Positions 13,590 to 29,189 are shown, counted from the stretch's first letter. The stretch: DNA of 64,000 nucleotides from the human T2T-CHM13v2.0 reference genome, Homo sapiens (GCF_009914755.1 NC_060934.1), one strand, 5' to 3'. Made by a program: numbers and translations. Notes: generated by a model from the letters alone, not told the origin.

Positions 13590-14046
13590 TGCAGGATAAT
13601 TTTCTGGGTGGATTTTGATCAACCTAGTTCCCCGCTCTTTCTCACTTGTATTTCCCAAGAATAACTGCTGAATGTGCAAATAATGCAAAATCCTGAGATA
13701 GGGAGGAACTGGCTGGAATAACCTGCACTCTGTTCCAGTCCTCATTAGAAAGAAGCTATCCTTAATCACTTTAGCCTAATGTTTCATGTTACCCCAGGGC
13801 ACAAAACTCAGGACAGGCTGCTTTCAGGAGTCCTTCAGCTGTGGTGCAAGTAAGGCACAGACACACCATACCCCTTCCTCCCCAGAGCAGCTTTTCTGAG
13901 CCTTGGAAGTCCAGGTTGCAATAAATCCTAAGCTATTTTCCATTGATGCCTACCTGTAAGTAATAAGCTCGCTTCATGTAACTTGTTTTGTGTGGGTGTT
14001 TCATCTCTCCAGATTCAGACAAACTGGCCACAGTGAACTGCACACA
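13590..14046 (+). mobile_element. ERVL-type solo LTR (LTR32/LTR47/MER54 group)
   Basis: TG start, caagaataactgc..gaatgtgc..atcctgagatagggaggaactgg, CA end; no clean TSD. Confidence 0.6.
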
Positions 14047-14119
14047 CCAGACCAGTGATTGACTGCAAAACATTATTATAGCTACATATATGACAGAAAC
14101 CTGGGAGAAACACATTATG

Positions 14120-14780
14120 CCAGCTCTCATCTCAAAATACATTCATAATCTGACCATTTATCACCACCTCCAATGTTACTCTCCTAATTGATGCAACCCT
14201 CTTCATTTTATTCTCCACAAAGCAGCTATGTGGTCTTTTAAAATGAGTCAGACCATGCTATTCTCTTGTTTAAAATCCTTCCCAGCTTCCTAACTCATTC
14301 AGAATAATATCCAAATTTCTCATCATAGACTGTAAAGCTACTATATGATCTGGACCTGAACTTCCTTTCAGACTTCATTTCTTCTTTCCCTCTTCCTTAC
14401 ACTTTCTGCTCTAACCATTATGCTATTCTAACTATCCCACAAAGACATGAAGCACTCTTCTGTCTCAAGGCATTGCATTAATACTTTCTCCTTCCAAGAC
14501 TCTATTCCCTTGGCTTTCTGCCTGCCATATCTCTTTTTGCCTATGCTCAGATGTCACCTAATCAGTGCTAACCAGCTATCTAATATAAAAGTCCTTTTAT
14601 TTTCTTCTTTTACCTTTACCTTTTTTTTTTCTTCATAGATTTGTATGACATTATATTCCCTATTTTCTGATTGCTCAGTCTCATAATTCACTGGATTTAG
14701 TTTCATCATTGTATTCCAAGTGGTAAGAACAAAACATGGAACAAAACATTAAGCATTGACTTTGCTCTAAGAGTAAATGA
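14120..14780 (+). mobile_element. L2 fragment
   Basis: ctcaaaatacattcataatctgaccattt...ctgtctcaaggcattgca. Confidence 0.6.
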
Positions 14781-15869
14781 ATTTATTGTTGGCATCTTTA
14801 ATGTATTTAAGTAAATCGAAACAAAAGTAACTTGGTGATATGAATCACTGGCCCAAACTATAAACACTATAAACATATTTCTTAAGTAGGGATGAAGTTA
14901 AGAAATACCACAACCAAATTTTAAAATGTGAAACAAATATATATGAAATTCAAGTAAGGTAAAAGTCTGGTTCTTAAGCTGCAGACTCAATTACATATGG
15001 GCCAAACGATCTCTTTACTGCTTGTCATCACTTAATTAAGCATTTTTCTGAGATGATGGTGATGATGATAATGATGTTATTATTTTATAAGGAGAAAATC
15101 CCTAGGTATTTAGCTCCTCAAATTAGAAAACACATGAGGGAAAATTGTTCAAATAAGAGTATTTTGTCTATCACTTAGAAAGTTGATTGCAAATACACAT
15201 ATCCTTTCATATTCACTTGCCTTCAGTATTTCTTGTAGGTTTTTTTCCCCTAGGAAAATCTGCAACTTAAGAGGAAAAGTGGACTAAACTCTGAGTTGTA
15301 GAGACTAAATCTTTTTTTTTTTTTTAACCAGGATCCATTTCCTTATATTGCCAGTCATCTGCTGAGATTAAATGTCTGAAGGTTTTCCATCTATGAAACT
15401 GAACACTGAACAGAAAGTAATTATTTTACCTAGTTATTTGTGAAGTTTAGAGTTTTCACAAAAGAGACTGATAATTGCATAATTTAATACCACATAATGA
15501 ACAATAGCCTGGGTCGCATCTGAGGTACTCTAGCCATTGGTTTCAAACAAATTTTGGTGAAAATCTATACTCAGCTACTTGTTCTTGGTGAATTCAGCAT
15601 TATTGTTTACTTTTGTGATGCTAGAAATCTCAATCTACCTCAAAAGTATAGCGCTGATTAATGCACTGGAATGCATTAGGATGTAAAATAAAGTATAACC
15701 TCCTTGTCAGTTTTATTTAAAATAAATGACTTTTCATCCCAGTGAGTTTTTATTGATTTGTCTAAAGAGTGGTGTGATAGTACTAAAAATAACCATATGC
15801 CCATATGTACTCATACCTTGTCTATACATATCAATTATTTCCTAATGCAAGGACCTGCAGTTCTATGAT

Positions 15870-18130
15870 GAGCAATGGCTCTTTCAGCCCAAGGAAGTTT
15901 TCTTGGCACATGTGCAAAGCAGTTTCAAGTTGCTAAAATGATGATGCCCTTGAAAGCAACCAAAGATGATCCAGTTTCCTTATGCTTCAGGTAGAAGAAT
16001 TCTGTTATACACTGTTTCCACTGAGTCTCAAAAGGGTTTTAGAATCAGTTACCCATGGAAGTGGCATGGTCATGTGTTTTTTTAAACCCTGTCCAAACTC
16101 CTCAATTTTTTAGTGTTATTCGAGATTGCCTCCAAAATAAACTACTGAAACTCAAATTCATGTATCAGTGTCTCCTTTGTTGGTACCTAAACTAAGACAG
16201 TTTGTGTCACATGTGGCCCTAAAAATCAGAGTTTTAGGTGGGGGATATGGCATCTTTCAACAACATGCTAACAGAATGATCATTGCCTGGACAATGATAA
16301 GTCACCTAGTATTAACCCATCATATGTTGTAAAAATAAATTTCTAAGATACATTTACATTAAACTGGGATAAAGTATTGTCTTAGGGTGGTCATTTGTGC
16401 TGCTATAATAAAATATCTTAGGCTGGGTAATTTATAAATAACCATTAATAAATTAAATAATTAAATATAAACATAATTTATAAATATTTATATTACTGTT
16501 ATTTATAATAGTAATATGATTTATAAATAATAGACATTTATAACCGTAAACATAATAATAATTTATAAATAATAGACATTTATTCCTCACATTTCTGGAG
16601 GCTGGGAATTTCAAGATCAAAGTGCCTGGGTCCACCTGAGTCACACCTGGGGCTGGGGCAGCAAAGGAGTGCTGCACCAGAATATGGGGAGCGGAGACTT
16701 GAGGCAGCACTGGACAGTAGTACCGTGGTCCCTCTAGCACCCAAGGCTCCTCTTTTGACATAGTTCTGTCCCCCAGATCTTGGCATTCTGGGCCTGTGAT
16801 AGAAGGGGCAGCACTGATAATCTCCAAAATGCCTTGGGAGTCATTTTTGCATTATATTGAAGAATAGCACTTGGATTCTGCCTATCCATATTCATCCCCT
16901 TATCAAATGATTGCTTAGCCACATCCTTGGTGTTCTCGCCTGAACATGATTTTCCATTCCATATTACATAGCCAGGCTGAGAATTTTCCTAATCTTTAAA
17001 TTCTACTTCCGTTTTAATTATATATTCTGCCTTTACTCATTCTCTCTTCTCACGTTTACTATAAGCAGTTAAGAGAAGTCAAGCCACACCCTCAAGACTT
17101 TGCATAGACATTTCTGCCAAATATTTTATTTTATGACCCGGAAGTTATTCTTTCCATGAAACACTAGGACATAAACACAATTCTTCAAAGTTCTTCATTG
17201 CTTTACAGCAAGAATGATCTTTCCTCCTGTTTCCAGTAACATTCCTTATTCTGATCTGAGGCTTCATCTGAATGGCCTTTACCATCCATATTTCTACAAA
17301 CATTCTTTTTACAAACACTTAGGTAATCTCTAAGAAGATTGAAGTTGTCTCTATAGCTCTCCTTTTCTGAGTCTTCTTCACCAGAATAATTCTTAACACT
17401 TCATTCATGGTAATATAGGCTTTATCTAGCATGCATCTCCAAGCTTTTCCATCCTCTGCCCATTACCCAGTTCCAAAGCAACTTCCACATTTCCAGACAT
17501 GTGTCATAGCAGCACCCCACTACTCAGAACTATTTTCTGTTTTAGGATGTCTGTGCTGCTATGATAAATTATCTTAAACTGGGTAATTTATAAATAATAG
17601 AAATTTATTTCTCAGAATTAGGGAGGCTTAGAAATCCAACATCAAGGTGCTAGCAGATTTGGCATTTGGTGAGGGCTTGCTCTCCACTTCACGATAGGAC
17701 TTTGTTGTTGTGCCTTCACATAGTAGAAGGGCAACAGTGCCAAACAGGCTCCCTTGAGCCTTCTGTAAGGTACTAATCCCATTCATGAGGGCAGCACCCT
17801 CATGACCTAATCATCTTATACAGGCCCTACCACTTAATACTTTTGCATTGGGGATTAAGTTTTAACATAAATTTGGAGGGACTAAGCATTCAGACCATAG
17901 CCAGTATGGTGGAAGAGCCTGCATTAGCTTTAACAGTATCTCTAGCGCTTACAGGATTTCAGGCCAAAGGTAAATATAAATCAATCAAAGTAGTCCTAAA
18001 AGAAAAAATTAAGAGGCTTAGGCCAGCCTTTTAACTCAGTGCATGTTTTGCAAGACAAAAGGTCTATTTGGTAACATTTTAAAATAACTTTATTTCCTCT
18101 TCCTACAGCCAGAGTAGAAAGTGTTGAAAG
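15870..18130 (+). mobile_element. LTR16-type ERVL LTR (ends ~16199) plus internal sequence, interrupted by a MaLR element
   Basis: LTR16-like end aaataaactactgaaactcaaattc...aaactaagaca, followed by internal-like sequence on both sides of the MaLR insert. Confidence 0.55.
16378..17902 (-). mobile_element. MaLR provirus (MLT1A/MSTD-type): partial LTR - internal - LTR
   Basis: Two homologous LTR starts (16378 and 17538), MaLR-internal motifs, 5-bp TSD AGTAT (16373-16377 / 17903-17907). Confidence 0.85.
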
Positions 18131-20110
18131 TAAAGAACCAGTAAAGTATAGCTATACAAAGGAGCTGAAAAGAACAGAGTAATTTGTTGTTAAAATACCT
18201 CAGGGTTAAATACCTATTTTATCCTGCTAAGCCAGAAATCTAAATCACCAGATATGTTGACAGAGGTTGAGGGAAATCTAAACTTTGTGGTTTAAAGGGA
18301 GAAAATGATTACTAATTATAGACATAAAGTTAATTGCAGTTGGGAAAACTTGTGGGATGAAGAGTATATGGGATCTCTGTATTATTTCTTGAAATTGCAT
18401 GTATATTTACAATTATTATTTCAAAATAAAACTTCTTTTAAGTAATCGGGAAAAAAATGCAGTGCTCACTATATTTTATACCACAAACTCCCTTGATGTA
18501 AATATGTATTTAAAACTGTGACTGGCTGTGATCTTGCAAAGTCAGTGAAAAGACATAAGAAACATAATGTGAGATACAGATGGATTTGAAGAATGCAAGC
18601 AATAGGCTGTAGAAAAAACTGTTGGCATCCCACTCAATTTTTTTGGCACAAATTTATCTTGTTCCTAACTCTGATATATATATATATATATATATTATTT
18701 GCTTATATGGAGTAAGCAAATTTTGCTCTAAAGCATATTAAGAAATATAATTAAACACAGCATTGTTGCTTTAATCCTTATTTCCAAGAAATATATATAG
18801 AAATTGTAGATGTACTTGCCCTCCATATTAATTATCCCAGTTTATCTGTGACACTTCAGCAGACTCTGAAATCTGGAAGTAGCCACAACTCTCTGACATT
18901 TATCCTTACAGAAGCATCCTTTCTAACTCCTTGGTTATCGAGGTTTTCTCTTTTGGGTAACTCATAGGCTGCATAGAAATTATTTTCTCCTTGGCAAATT
19001 CTTTTCTGAAAGCTGACACAATTACCAAATTATTTCCATTGTTGCTAGAAGGAATAGAGCCTAGATATTTTTCTTAGATCTATAATGGCTTTCCCTTTCA
19101 TTTTATTCTATCTGTCTAGGCCATGCAGTTACTTATTGTCCAAAACTGTTTCTTCAGGAGATTCTTACCCCACTCAGTCCTCCAACCCATAATTCCTTGA
19201 TCCATCACCATAAATTGGTTTTGTTTCAAATAGTGTTTCATAAAATTATAGAACGTTAGAGTTAGAGAGACAATTGGTCTCCCTAATTTATAGATGAAGA
19301 AAGTGTAGTTTTGACTACTTAGTTTATGAAAGAGCCTGAAGCTTGCATAATTTCAGTTACTTGTTTAAGGTATCACAGTAAGTTCAAGACAGAACTAAGA
19401 CCAATAAAAACAATGTTTTACTATATTCCATACACAGCAGAGGCAGAAGTATAAAAAAAAGGAATGATGTTTTGCATGCTTATGCAAAGATACAGTATTC
19501 TATTTAAGATATTCTGGAAAGAAAACAGCTATCAATTAAATCAATATATAAATGTTCCAGTTGCATTGGTTATAAGAATTGTACTGATTTAAAATATATT
19601 AAAATATAAAAATGGTTATCTTAAAATAAAATACCATCATGGTGAAAATAATGAGTTATAGAGTGTTATGTGTTATGTGTTACGTACATGTGCTATTCAA
19701 TTTTCACAATTATTTTCAATCTGTTCTATTAAAAATTAATTATTCATCTATACAAGTAATTCAATACTATAAACTACCTGCGAATTTTTTCTTTACTACT
19801 TGAAATAATCCAGAAAAGTCTCATGTTATTTTGCTACAGAAAAAAATAAGCTGCTGGTTTACACATTTTATTTTACATAACTATCATCTGGAGAACTTAC
19901 TAAAACACAGATTCATGGCCTTTAACCCCAAATGCTCTGATTCAGAAGGTCTGGAGTGGTAACCCAGAGTACAATTTTCTATGAGCCCTGAGGATACTGC
20001 TGTTCTTTTATACACTTTATGAGCTTCATGCACTTTAAAAGTTAAAAAATCTTATTACATACAAGAGGTGGCTAATTTGCACATTCTATAATTTAAATAG
20101 AGTTTGGAGG

Positions 20111-20474
20111 TGTATTACTCTGTTCTCACACTGCTAACAAAGACATACCAAAGACTGGGTAATTTATAAAGGAAAAAGGTTTAATTGACACACAGTTCCA
20201 CATGGCTGGTGAGGCCTTATAATCATGGCAGAAGGCAAAAAGAGGAGCAATGTCATATCTTACATGCCAGCAGGCAAGAGAACTTGTGCAGGGGAACTCC
20301 CATTTATAAAACCATTAGATCACATGAGACTTACCCACTACCAGGAGAACAGTATGAGGGAAACTGCCCCCACTCCTCATGATTCAATTATCTCCAGCTG
20401 GCCCTGCCCTTGACAAGTGGGGATTTTTACAATTCCAGGTGAGATTTGGTTGGGGACACAGCCAAACCATATCA
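20111..20474 (-). mobile_element. THE1 (B/C-like) solo LTR
   Basis: tgtatta...ccaaaccatatca, perfect TSD GGAGG (20106-20110 / 20475-20479). Confidence 0.92.
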
Positions 20475-23400
20475 GGAGGCATATCAATCAGTGCTTTCTC
20501 TTGTCATAGACAATAATAAAAGTAGTGTTATGGTCAGTGATTATTACAGTGTATATGGTAGGTAGTCTGAGTAGACTGGAAGGCAAGACTGATAAATATG
20601 ACAATCAAATTTGAGCTTCAATTGTACAGAAGTAGGACCATGGAGATAGTTAAAGTAATAAGGTTCTGAAACTCATCTAGCAGCATAAATGTGAATAATG
20701 CAAAGAGAAAACAATGTTATTGTATGCCCTTTTATACTAAAGACATGTGTTTTACAAACCACCATTATAGTATTATATTATTCTGAATCTATGTGCTTAC
20801 TTTTATCAGTAATTTTATACTAGCAGATGATTTAATGTTACTCATTAGTATCCTTTTCTTTCATCTTGAAGAACTCTCCTTAGCATTTCTTGTAAGACAG
20901 GTCTGGTGGTGACAAAGTCCTCAGCTTTTCTTTGTCTGGGAAAGTCATTATTTCTCATTCATTTCTGAAGGACGGTTTTGTTCTAAATAGTACTTTTGGG
21001 CTTTTGGTTGTCAGTTGTTTTCCTCTTCAAAACTTTGAGTACATCACACTATGCTTTCCTGGACTGTAAGGTTTTTGCTGAGAATCTTGCTACTAGCTAT
21101 ATTGGAAATTCTTTTTGCTATTTGCTTCTTTTCTATTGCTGCTTTCAGAGTCCCCTATTTGTCTTTGATTTTTGACACTTTTATATACTATGTCTTGAAA
21201 TTGTCTTATTCAGATTAAATCTGATTGGAGACCTTTAACTTTTATCTACATGGATACTTTCATCTTCCTCCAGGTTTGGAAAGTTTCCTGCTTCTGTTTC
21301 TTCAAATAAGATTTCTACTCTGTTATATTTCTCTTCTGTTTCAAACTCCTATGACTAAAAATAATTCTCTTTTGATGTTTTCCCATAAATCTTGTAATTT
21401 CTTCATTACTTTTCACTCTTTTTTCTTTCTTCTATGGCTGTATATTTTCAAATAACTTATCTGTGAGTTCACAGACTCTTCTGCTTAACCAATTTTGCTC
21501 TTGATGTTTTCTATTTTATTTTTCTTTTTATTCATTGCATCTTTCAGCTCCAGGATTTCTATTTTATCTATTTTTATTTTTTTCAATCTCTCCGTTAAAT
21601 TTCTTATTCTAGTTACTTGTTGTTTTCCTCATTTCATTGAATCTTTTTTCTTCTTGAAGTTCTCTGAGCTCCCTTAAAGTACGTTTTTTAAATTTTTTGT
21701 CAGATATACCATATATCTGAATTTCTTTACAGTCAGTCATTGGTACTTTATTTTGTTCCTTTGGTGATTTTATGTTTCCCTGATTGTTCTTGATCCTTGT
21801 GGTCATGAATCAATGTCTCCACATTTGAAGGAGTATGTATTTACTCTCATCTTCACAGATTGGTTTTGTCTCAGAAAACCCTTCAACACTTAGCCCTTCC
21901 AGAGATTCTAGGCAGACCATGTGGCACAGATCTAAAGCCCAGGACCTGCTCTGACCAACTTGGCACTGGGGCACACAAGAAGCCCAGGGTCCACTGAGTC
22001 CCATTTGCCACTGAGTGCTGTCTAGAGCATAGGGATTCTGAAGTCAGTTGACAGTGGTGCAGCCTTGAAGCCTGGTGCCAGGGCAGTCCTAGAGGCTCAG
22101 TCTATGGGTACTAGCCTGGAGCCTGGGTTCTAGAAGTCTACTCATTTCTAGGTTTTACTGTGATGGACCTGATGTTTGTGTCCAAGGCAAAGTCCTGTGC
22201 TCACTTTTCTATTTGCTTCCAAAGGAATGGTATCTCTCTCCACACAGTGCCACCTGAGGTTGAGAGATGGGTGATGTAAATAATGTAAAAGTGTTTTTTC
22301 TATGTAACCTCAATCAAAATAATGTTTTCTTATTGTTGTGTTACAAGCAGTTTCTGTGATCTCTTACCTGGTTTCCTTAGCTCTTCTGAAGGTAATTTTG
22401 TGTATGGATGGTTGTTAAGATTGATTTTTAAAATAAATTTCAACTTGTTTATGTTTTTCTTTTGTTGTCTTTGCTTTTGCTGTCCTTTTCTTCTGAAAAA
22501 AAAAGTTGTCAAATCTCAAGTCATGAAGCTTTTTCCTTATGTTTTCTTCTAAGAGTTTTATAGTCGTAGCTTTAGCATGTAGGACTTTGATTTATTTTGA
22601 GTTAATTTTTGTATATGATGCAAGGTAAAGGTCCAGCTTCATTCTATTGCATATAGATATCTAGTTATCCTAGTAATATTTTTTAAAAAGATTGTCTTTT
22701 CCGTCATTGAATGGTCTTGACACACTTGTTGGAAATTATTAAACATATATACAATGTTTTATTTTTCCATAGTCTCTAGTCTCTTCTATTGGTTAAGACA
22801 TCTGTCTCTATGCCAGTACCACACTCTTTTGATTACTGTAGCTTTGTGGTAATTTTTTAACAAAGGAAGTGTGAGTCCTTTGACTTTTTTCTTTTTCAAG
22901 GCTCCTTTTTCTATTTGAAGTCCATTGAGATTTCATACAAATTTTAGGATAGATTTTTCTATTTCTGTAAAAAGAAAGGCTTTGTCATTTTGAAAAGGAT
23001 TGAATTGAGTATGTAGATTAGTTCTGATAATACTGACATCTTAAAAATATTAGCTTTTCCGATTCATGAACATGGAATGATTTCCCATATATTGATGTCT
23101 TCTTTCATTTGTTTCAGCAATATTTTGTAGTTTTTATTTTATGATTATTTTACTTCCTTTGTTAAGCCAATTCTGAAGTATTTTAATCTTATGCTATTGT
23201 AAATTACAATTTTTTCTTAATTTTCTTTTTAGATTTTTCAGTGTTGGTGTGTATAAATGCAACTAATTTTGTGTTTATTTTGTATTCTGCTATATTGCAA
23301 TTTTGTTTATAAGCTCTAAATAATTTTCTACAATCTTCAGGGCTTTGTACATATCACATCATACAAGCTGCAAACAGAGATAATTTAACATTCTACTTTC

Positions 23401-24349
23401 AAATTTGGATGACATTTATTTTTTTCTTGCCTAATTGCTCTGGCTAGGTCTTTTAATTCTTTGTTGAGTAGACCTATTAAGAGCAGGATTCCTTGCCTTA
23501 TTCCTGATCTTAGAGGAGCAACTTTCAGTCATTCAACATTAAATATAATGTTCACTATGGGTTTTTATATATGGCCTGCATTATGTTGAGATAATTTTCT
23601 TATAGTCCTTGTTTGTTGAGTAATTTTATCAAGAAAGAGTGTTGGATTATGTTCAATGCTTTTTCTCCATCACTAAACATGATCATGCTGGTATTATTTT
23701 TTCCCCTCATTCTGCTAATGGAATTTATTGCATTGATTTTAATATGTTGAACCATCCTTGCATTCCAAAAATAATTTCCAGTTAGTTATGGTATATAATT
23801 CTTTTAATACACTGCTGAATTCAGTTTGTTAATGTTTTGTTTAGAAATTCTGTATTAATGTTGATAAGGGACATTGGTCTGTTGTTCTGCTTTCTTAAAG
23901 TGTCTTGGTGTCTGGGTTTAATATCAGAGCAATGCTGGCCTCAGAGATTGAGTTAGAAAGTATTCCCAGATCTATAATTTTTTGGAAGAGTTTGAGAAGG
24001 ATTAGTGTTATTTTACTTTTAAATGTTTGCTAGAATTAATCACTGAAGCCATCACCTCCAATAATTATCTTTGTTGGGAGATTTTTGATTACTGACATAA
24101 TTACAGATATATTCAGATTTTCTGTATTTCATGATTCAGTTTAGTGTTTTTAGAAATTTTTCCACTTCATCTAGGGTATCCAATTTATTGGTGTATAGTT
24201 GTTCATTGAACTATGTTATGATTTTTTGGTTACTGTAGAATTGAAAATAATGTTCTCACTTTAAATTCTGATTTTTCTAATTTCAGTCTTTTTTTTCCTG
24301 TCAATTTAGCTAAAGTTTTGTCAGTTTTGCTTACTTTCCAAACAACTAA

Positions 24350-24637
24350 GGCCAGATGCAGTGGCTCATGTTTGATATCCCAGCACTTTGGGAGGCCGAG
24401 GTGGAAGGATCACTTGAGACTAAGAGTTTGAGATCAGCCTGGGCAACATGAGATCCCATCTCTACAAAAAATAGAATAAAATTAGCAAGAAATGGTGGCA
24501 TGTGGTCTGTATTTCTACCACTTAGGGGGCTGAGAAGGTAGGATGACTTGAGCTCAGGAGGTCAAGGCTGCAGTGAGCCATGATCATACCATCGCACACC
24601 AGCCTGGTTGAGATTCTGTTTAAAAAGAAAAAAAAAA
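24350..24637 (+). mobile_element. AluJo
   Basis: Dimeric Alu with J diagnostics. Confidence 0.85.
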
Positions 24638-24654
24638 TCAAATAATCCACTTTA

Positions 24655-25150
24655 AAAAATGTTTAATTTCAATAGCGTTAGGTGTACAAGTGGTTTTCAA
24701 TTACATGAATGAATTGTATAGTGGTGAAGTCCAGGATTTTAGTGCACCCATCACCCGGGTAGTGTACCTTGTACACAAAAGACAGTTTTTCATCTCTTAC
24801 CGACTGCTATCTACCCCCATTCTGAGTCTCCAGTGTCCATTATATCACTCTGTATGCCTTTGCATTACCATAGCTTAGCTCCCACTTATAAGTGAGAACA
24901 TGTGATATTTGGTTTTCAATTTCTGAGTTACTTCACTTAGAATAATGGCCTCTGGTTCCTTCCAAGTTGCTGCAAAATATATTATTTTGTTAATTTCTGT
25001 GGCTAAGTAGTATTCCATGGTGTATATATACATATCACATTTCTTTCATCCACTCATCGGTTCAGCACTTAAGGGGACTCCATATATTTGCAATTGTGAA
25101 CTGTGTTACTATAAACATATGCATGCAGGTGTCTTTTTTATATAGTGACT
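24655..25150 (-). mobile_element. 5'-truncated L1PB 3' end
   Basis: L1PB 3' UTR motifs; TSD TCAAATAA(T/C)CCACTTTA at 24638-24654 / 25151-25167. Confidence 0.85.
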
Positions 25151-26482
25151 TCAAATAACCCACTTTACCTTATTAATTTTCTCCATTTTTTCATTAGTCT
25201 CCATTTTGTTTATAACTTCTCTAATTTTTATTTCCTTCCTCCTGCTAGCATTTGATTTTAGTTTGTTCTTCTTTTTCTAGTTTCCTAAGTTTTAAAGTTA
25301 GGTTGTTGATTTATAATCTTTCTTGTTTTTTACAGTAAGCATTTATAGCTCTAAATTTATTCCTTAGCACTGCTTTTGCTTCATCCCTTGTTTTTTTATG
25401 TTGTGTTTTAATTTCCCTTTGTCTCTAAGTATTTTCTGACTTCCCTTTTGATTTATTCTTTGACTCATTGGTTAAGAGTGTGCTTTCATTTCCACATTAT
25501 TTGTGAATTTTCTAGTTTGCTTTCTGTCTCTGATTTCTAACTTCACCTTGTTGTGCTCAGAGAGGTAACTTTGTATGATATAAATATCTTTGAAAATCTA
25601 TTGAGATTTAATTTGTAGGCCAATTTATTGTCTATCCTGTAAAATGTTCCATGTGCAATCAAGAAGAATACATATTCTGTGGCTGTTGGGTACAGGACTC
25701 TGTATATGTCTACTAGATCTAGTTTATTTATTATGCTGTTTCAGTACAGGATTTCCTTACTTATCTTCTGTCTGGTTGTTCTATCCACTACTGAAAGCAG
25801 GATATTGAAGTCCCCAACTATTATTGTAAAACCATCTACTGTTTTCAGTTTTGTCTGTTTTTGTTTCATATATTTTCATAATCTGCTATTAGGTGCATAA
25901 ATGTTTATAATTATTATATCATCTTGCTGTATTATTCTTGCTGTACTTAATAATATATAATGTCCTTTTTCTCTTGTATACTGTTTTGATTGAAAGACTA
26001 ATTTTTCTGATATTAATATAGGCACCCTACACTTTTAGTTACTACTTACATGGAATATATTTTCCCATCACTTGACTTTAAACTTACTTGTGTCTTTGAA
26101 TCAAAAGGAGGTCTTTTGTAGACAACATAAAGTTGGATCATGATTTTTTGTTTTTTTTTAATCAATTCTGTCAATCTCTATTTTAGACTGCAAAGTTAAG
26201 TCCATTTACACGTATAGCAATTACTAATAATAGAAACTTACTCGTGTCATCTTGCTATTTGTTTTCTACATGACATAATTTTTGTCCCTCGTTTCCTGCA
26301 TTACAGTTCTTTTTTCCATTAGTTGATTTTTGTCCCAAATGCTTTTGTTTGCTTCTCCTTTCCTTTTTTGTATAGTCTGTAAGTATTTTATTTACCATAT
26401 GAATTAAATTTAACATCCTAAAGTTATAACACTCTAATTTGAATTTATAGTAGCTTAACTTCAATGACATTAAAAAAACTGT

Positions 26483-26801
<319 letters not shown>

Positions 26802-28475
26802 TCTGTTCCTTGACAGTTCTGTCCCCACCCCTTCGTTTTTTTATGTCATAAAATTACATCTCTATATCTTGTATGTCTCAAAACAAACTAATCATTGATT
26901 TTTCAATGAATTCATCTCTTATATTATGTAGAAAAAAATGTGAAGTTACATCCTGGATTGAAGACTGAGAATGCTGGCGAAAAATTCCTAGTTTTTAATT
27001 CACATTTGTAATCTTATGTAAAATACATTTCACAAAATTCATAAACTTTCATCTATTTTTGAATTATTTTATTCAAATTTAAATAGACTCTTCAATGTTT
27101 TCATTATTCTTCAGCTCTGTTTTTTCTCCATTATTATTAACACTCATGAGCAGAGAAAGTAACATAAATTAGCATATGTATGAAAATGTGAAATAGAGAA
27201 ATTTTTGAAGAAATGAAAGATAATGGCATTGTATCTTTGAATAGCATATGGAAATGTTATATAAATAGCAATGCGCATTAGACATTTATAAACAATAATG
27301 ATTTTCAGTTATGTGTAAATTATAAGCCAGTAAGAGAGGATATTAACAAAAAGAAAGTTTTTAGGTCATTAGTCAATAGTATTATCTTTTTATCTTAAGT
27401 AAACTGAGTATTTATAGAATTTTGTTTGCTTTTTGAAATCATTTCAGGTATATTTTATTCTTTACTTCTCATGTCATGATCACTGAAATAGGGAAGACAC
27501 TCCTTCCCTGTTGAGGTTGAAGTTGCTCTTCACTGCTCTTTTCCTTCCCTGTTTTATTACATTTTAGCAAAGGTGGGTTTTTTCTTTAAGGTTCTCATAT
27601 CTCTTTTTATTAAAAACTTGTACCATGTTCTTCTAGGACTGAATCAAAGGATATTTGAGCTGTATCTTGTAATGTTACACTCCAAAGATCCTTCCTGCCA
27701 GCAATTCCCTCCAGGAAAACGCCCAGAGATGTGATCTATTTTACCTTCAGGGTAAAGTTTGCAGACAACCTATACCATTTTCTGAAAGACTTGGGTATAC
27801 ACATTTGTTTAAGAGTCTAATTCTGTTGTCTTAAGTTCTAATAATTTATCCTCATGCATCCTTTGCTATTTCTGTAGAGGATTTCTGGTAACCTAATTCA
27901 AAATGTTTCAGGTGGATATGCTTCTAAGTTATTTCTTGTTCTGTTTATACTATGATACCTAGATTCAAAATTTAATAACTTTCTGATTATAGAATCATAA
28001 AGAGTTAGATATATAAGGGCCTTTAGAAATAATTTATTTCAACACTCTCATTTTATAGTTTCGACTGAGTCCCAAATATATTAGTGTTGGTTATCTATAA
28101 GCCCATGTTTCTCAAAAGCCAATTTGCCACTCTCTGCCCTAAAATGTGCTGACTTCAGTATAAAATGCTGACTTTATTCATGGAAAGAGTTGTGCATATA
28201 TTAATCATTAATTTTAATGGTGCAATCATACATACTCACTCAAAGTTGAAAACATGGAAGAGATCCCTTGGCTGGAAAACAAGTAATGTCAGCTCTTACT
28301 GTACAAACTGTTGTGTTCTACTGTCATGAATTTATATAGGATAGCTCTCAAGGCATTTATATTTCAAAATTTCCTTTGCATCCTTAGGGGTCCTCGATTG
28401 TAAGAAAAACATATAAACCTTAGATTTTAACAGAAGAAAAATGTAGTGGTAAACAAAAGGCACTTGATGAGAATA

Positions 28476-28512
28476 TGTGTGTGTGTTTGTGTGTGTGTGT
28501 GTGTGCATGTGT
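28476..28512. repeat. (TG)n microsatellite, interrupted
   Basis: Read directly from the sequence. Confidence 0.85.
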
Positions 28513-29189
28513 TTGATTTTTGTTCCTAGTGGTGGCAGCCAGGGAAAGTGTTTAAGGAAGACATAAGCCAAGACTACCCTCAATGTTAACATTCAAATAT
28601 TATTTTTCAAGTCGTACACATGGCTTTTGACAGGTCATGTTATGCACCATTCATGGAAAAATGTATAAAATGCTGTTTGTACTCACCAGATTACATGGGA
28701 CAGCACCATGTAGTAGGTTTGAAACACCTATTAACTTATTTATTAAAAAATGAAAGTATAGATTATTTTTAAAACTACTGACTTTGTAAGATAAAAAGAA
28801 AATAAAAAAGACAGTATAAAGAAGTAGAGTATAATAGGACTATATAACTCTACTGAATGCTTACTTGCTAATGGATGTTTTCTTGGATGACAACTTTCTT
28901 CCTGTGATGCAGCTAAGCAGAGTACTGGGTCTTGAGACACACTTCTACAATTGAGTAGCTCTGGTTAATCACACAATGTAATAGAATGTGGTCACAGGAT
29001 GCTAAGGAAAGGGAACACAAGTGAATGAATTTACCTGAAGAAAGCTAATTAGAGAACACAAAGAGGTAGCAGTTGTGTTAATAACACAAAGGTAAAAGTA
29101 ATTCAAGAGAGAGTGATGTTAACAAGATGTTTGACTAAGAAAGTCTGGGCCCTTACCTCCCTCACTTAAACATTATAACACAAACAACC

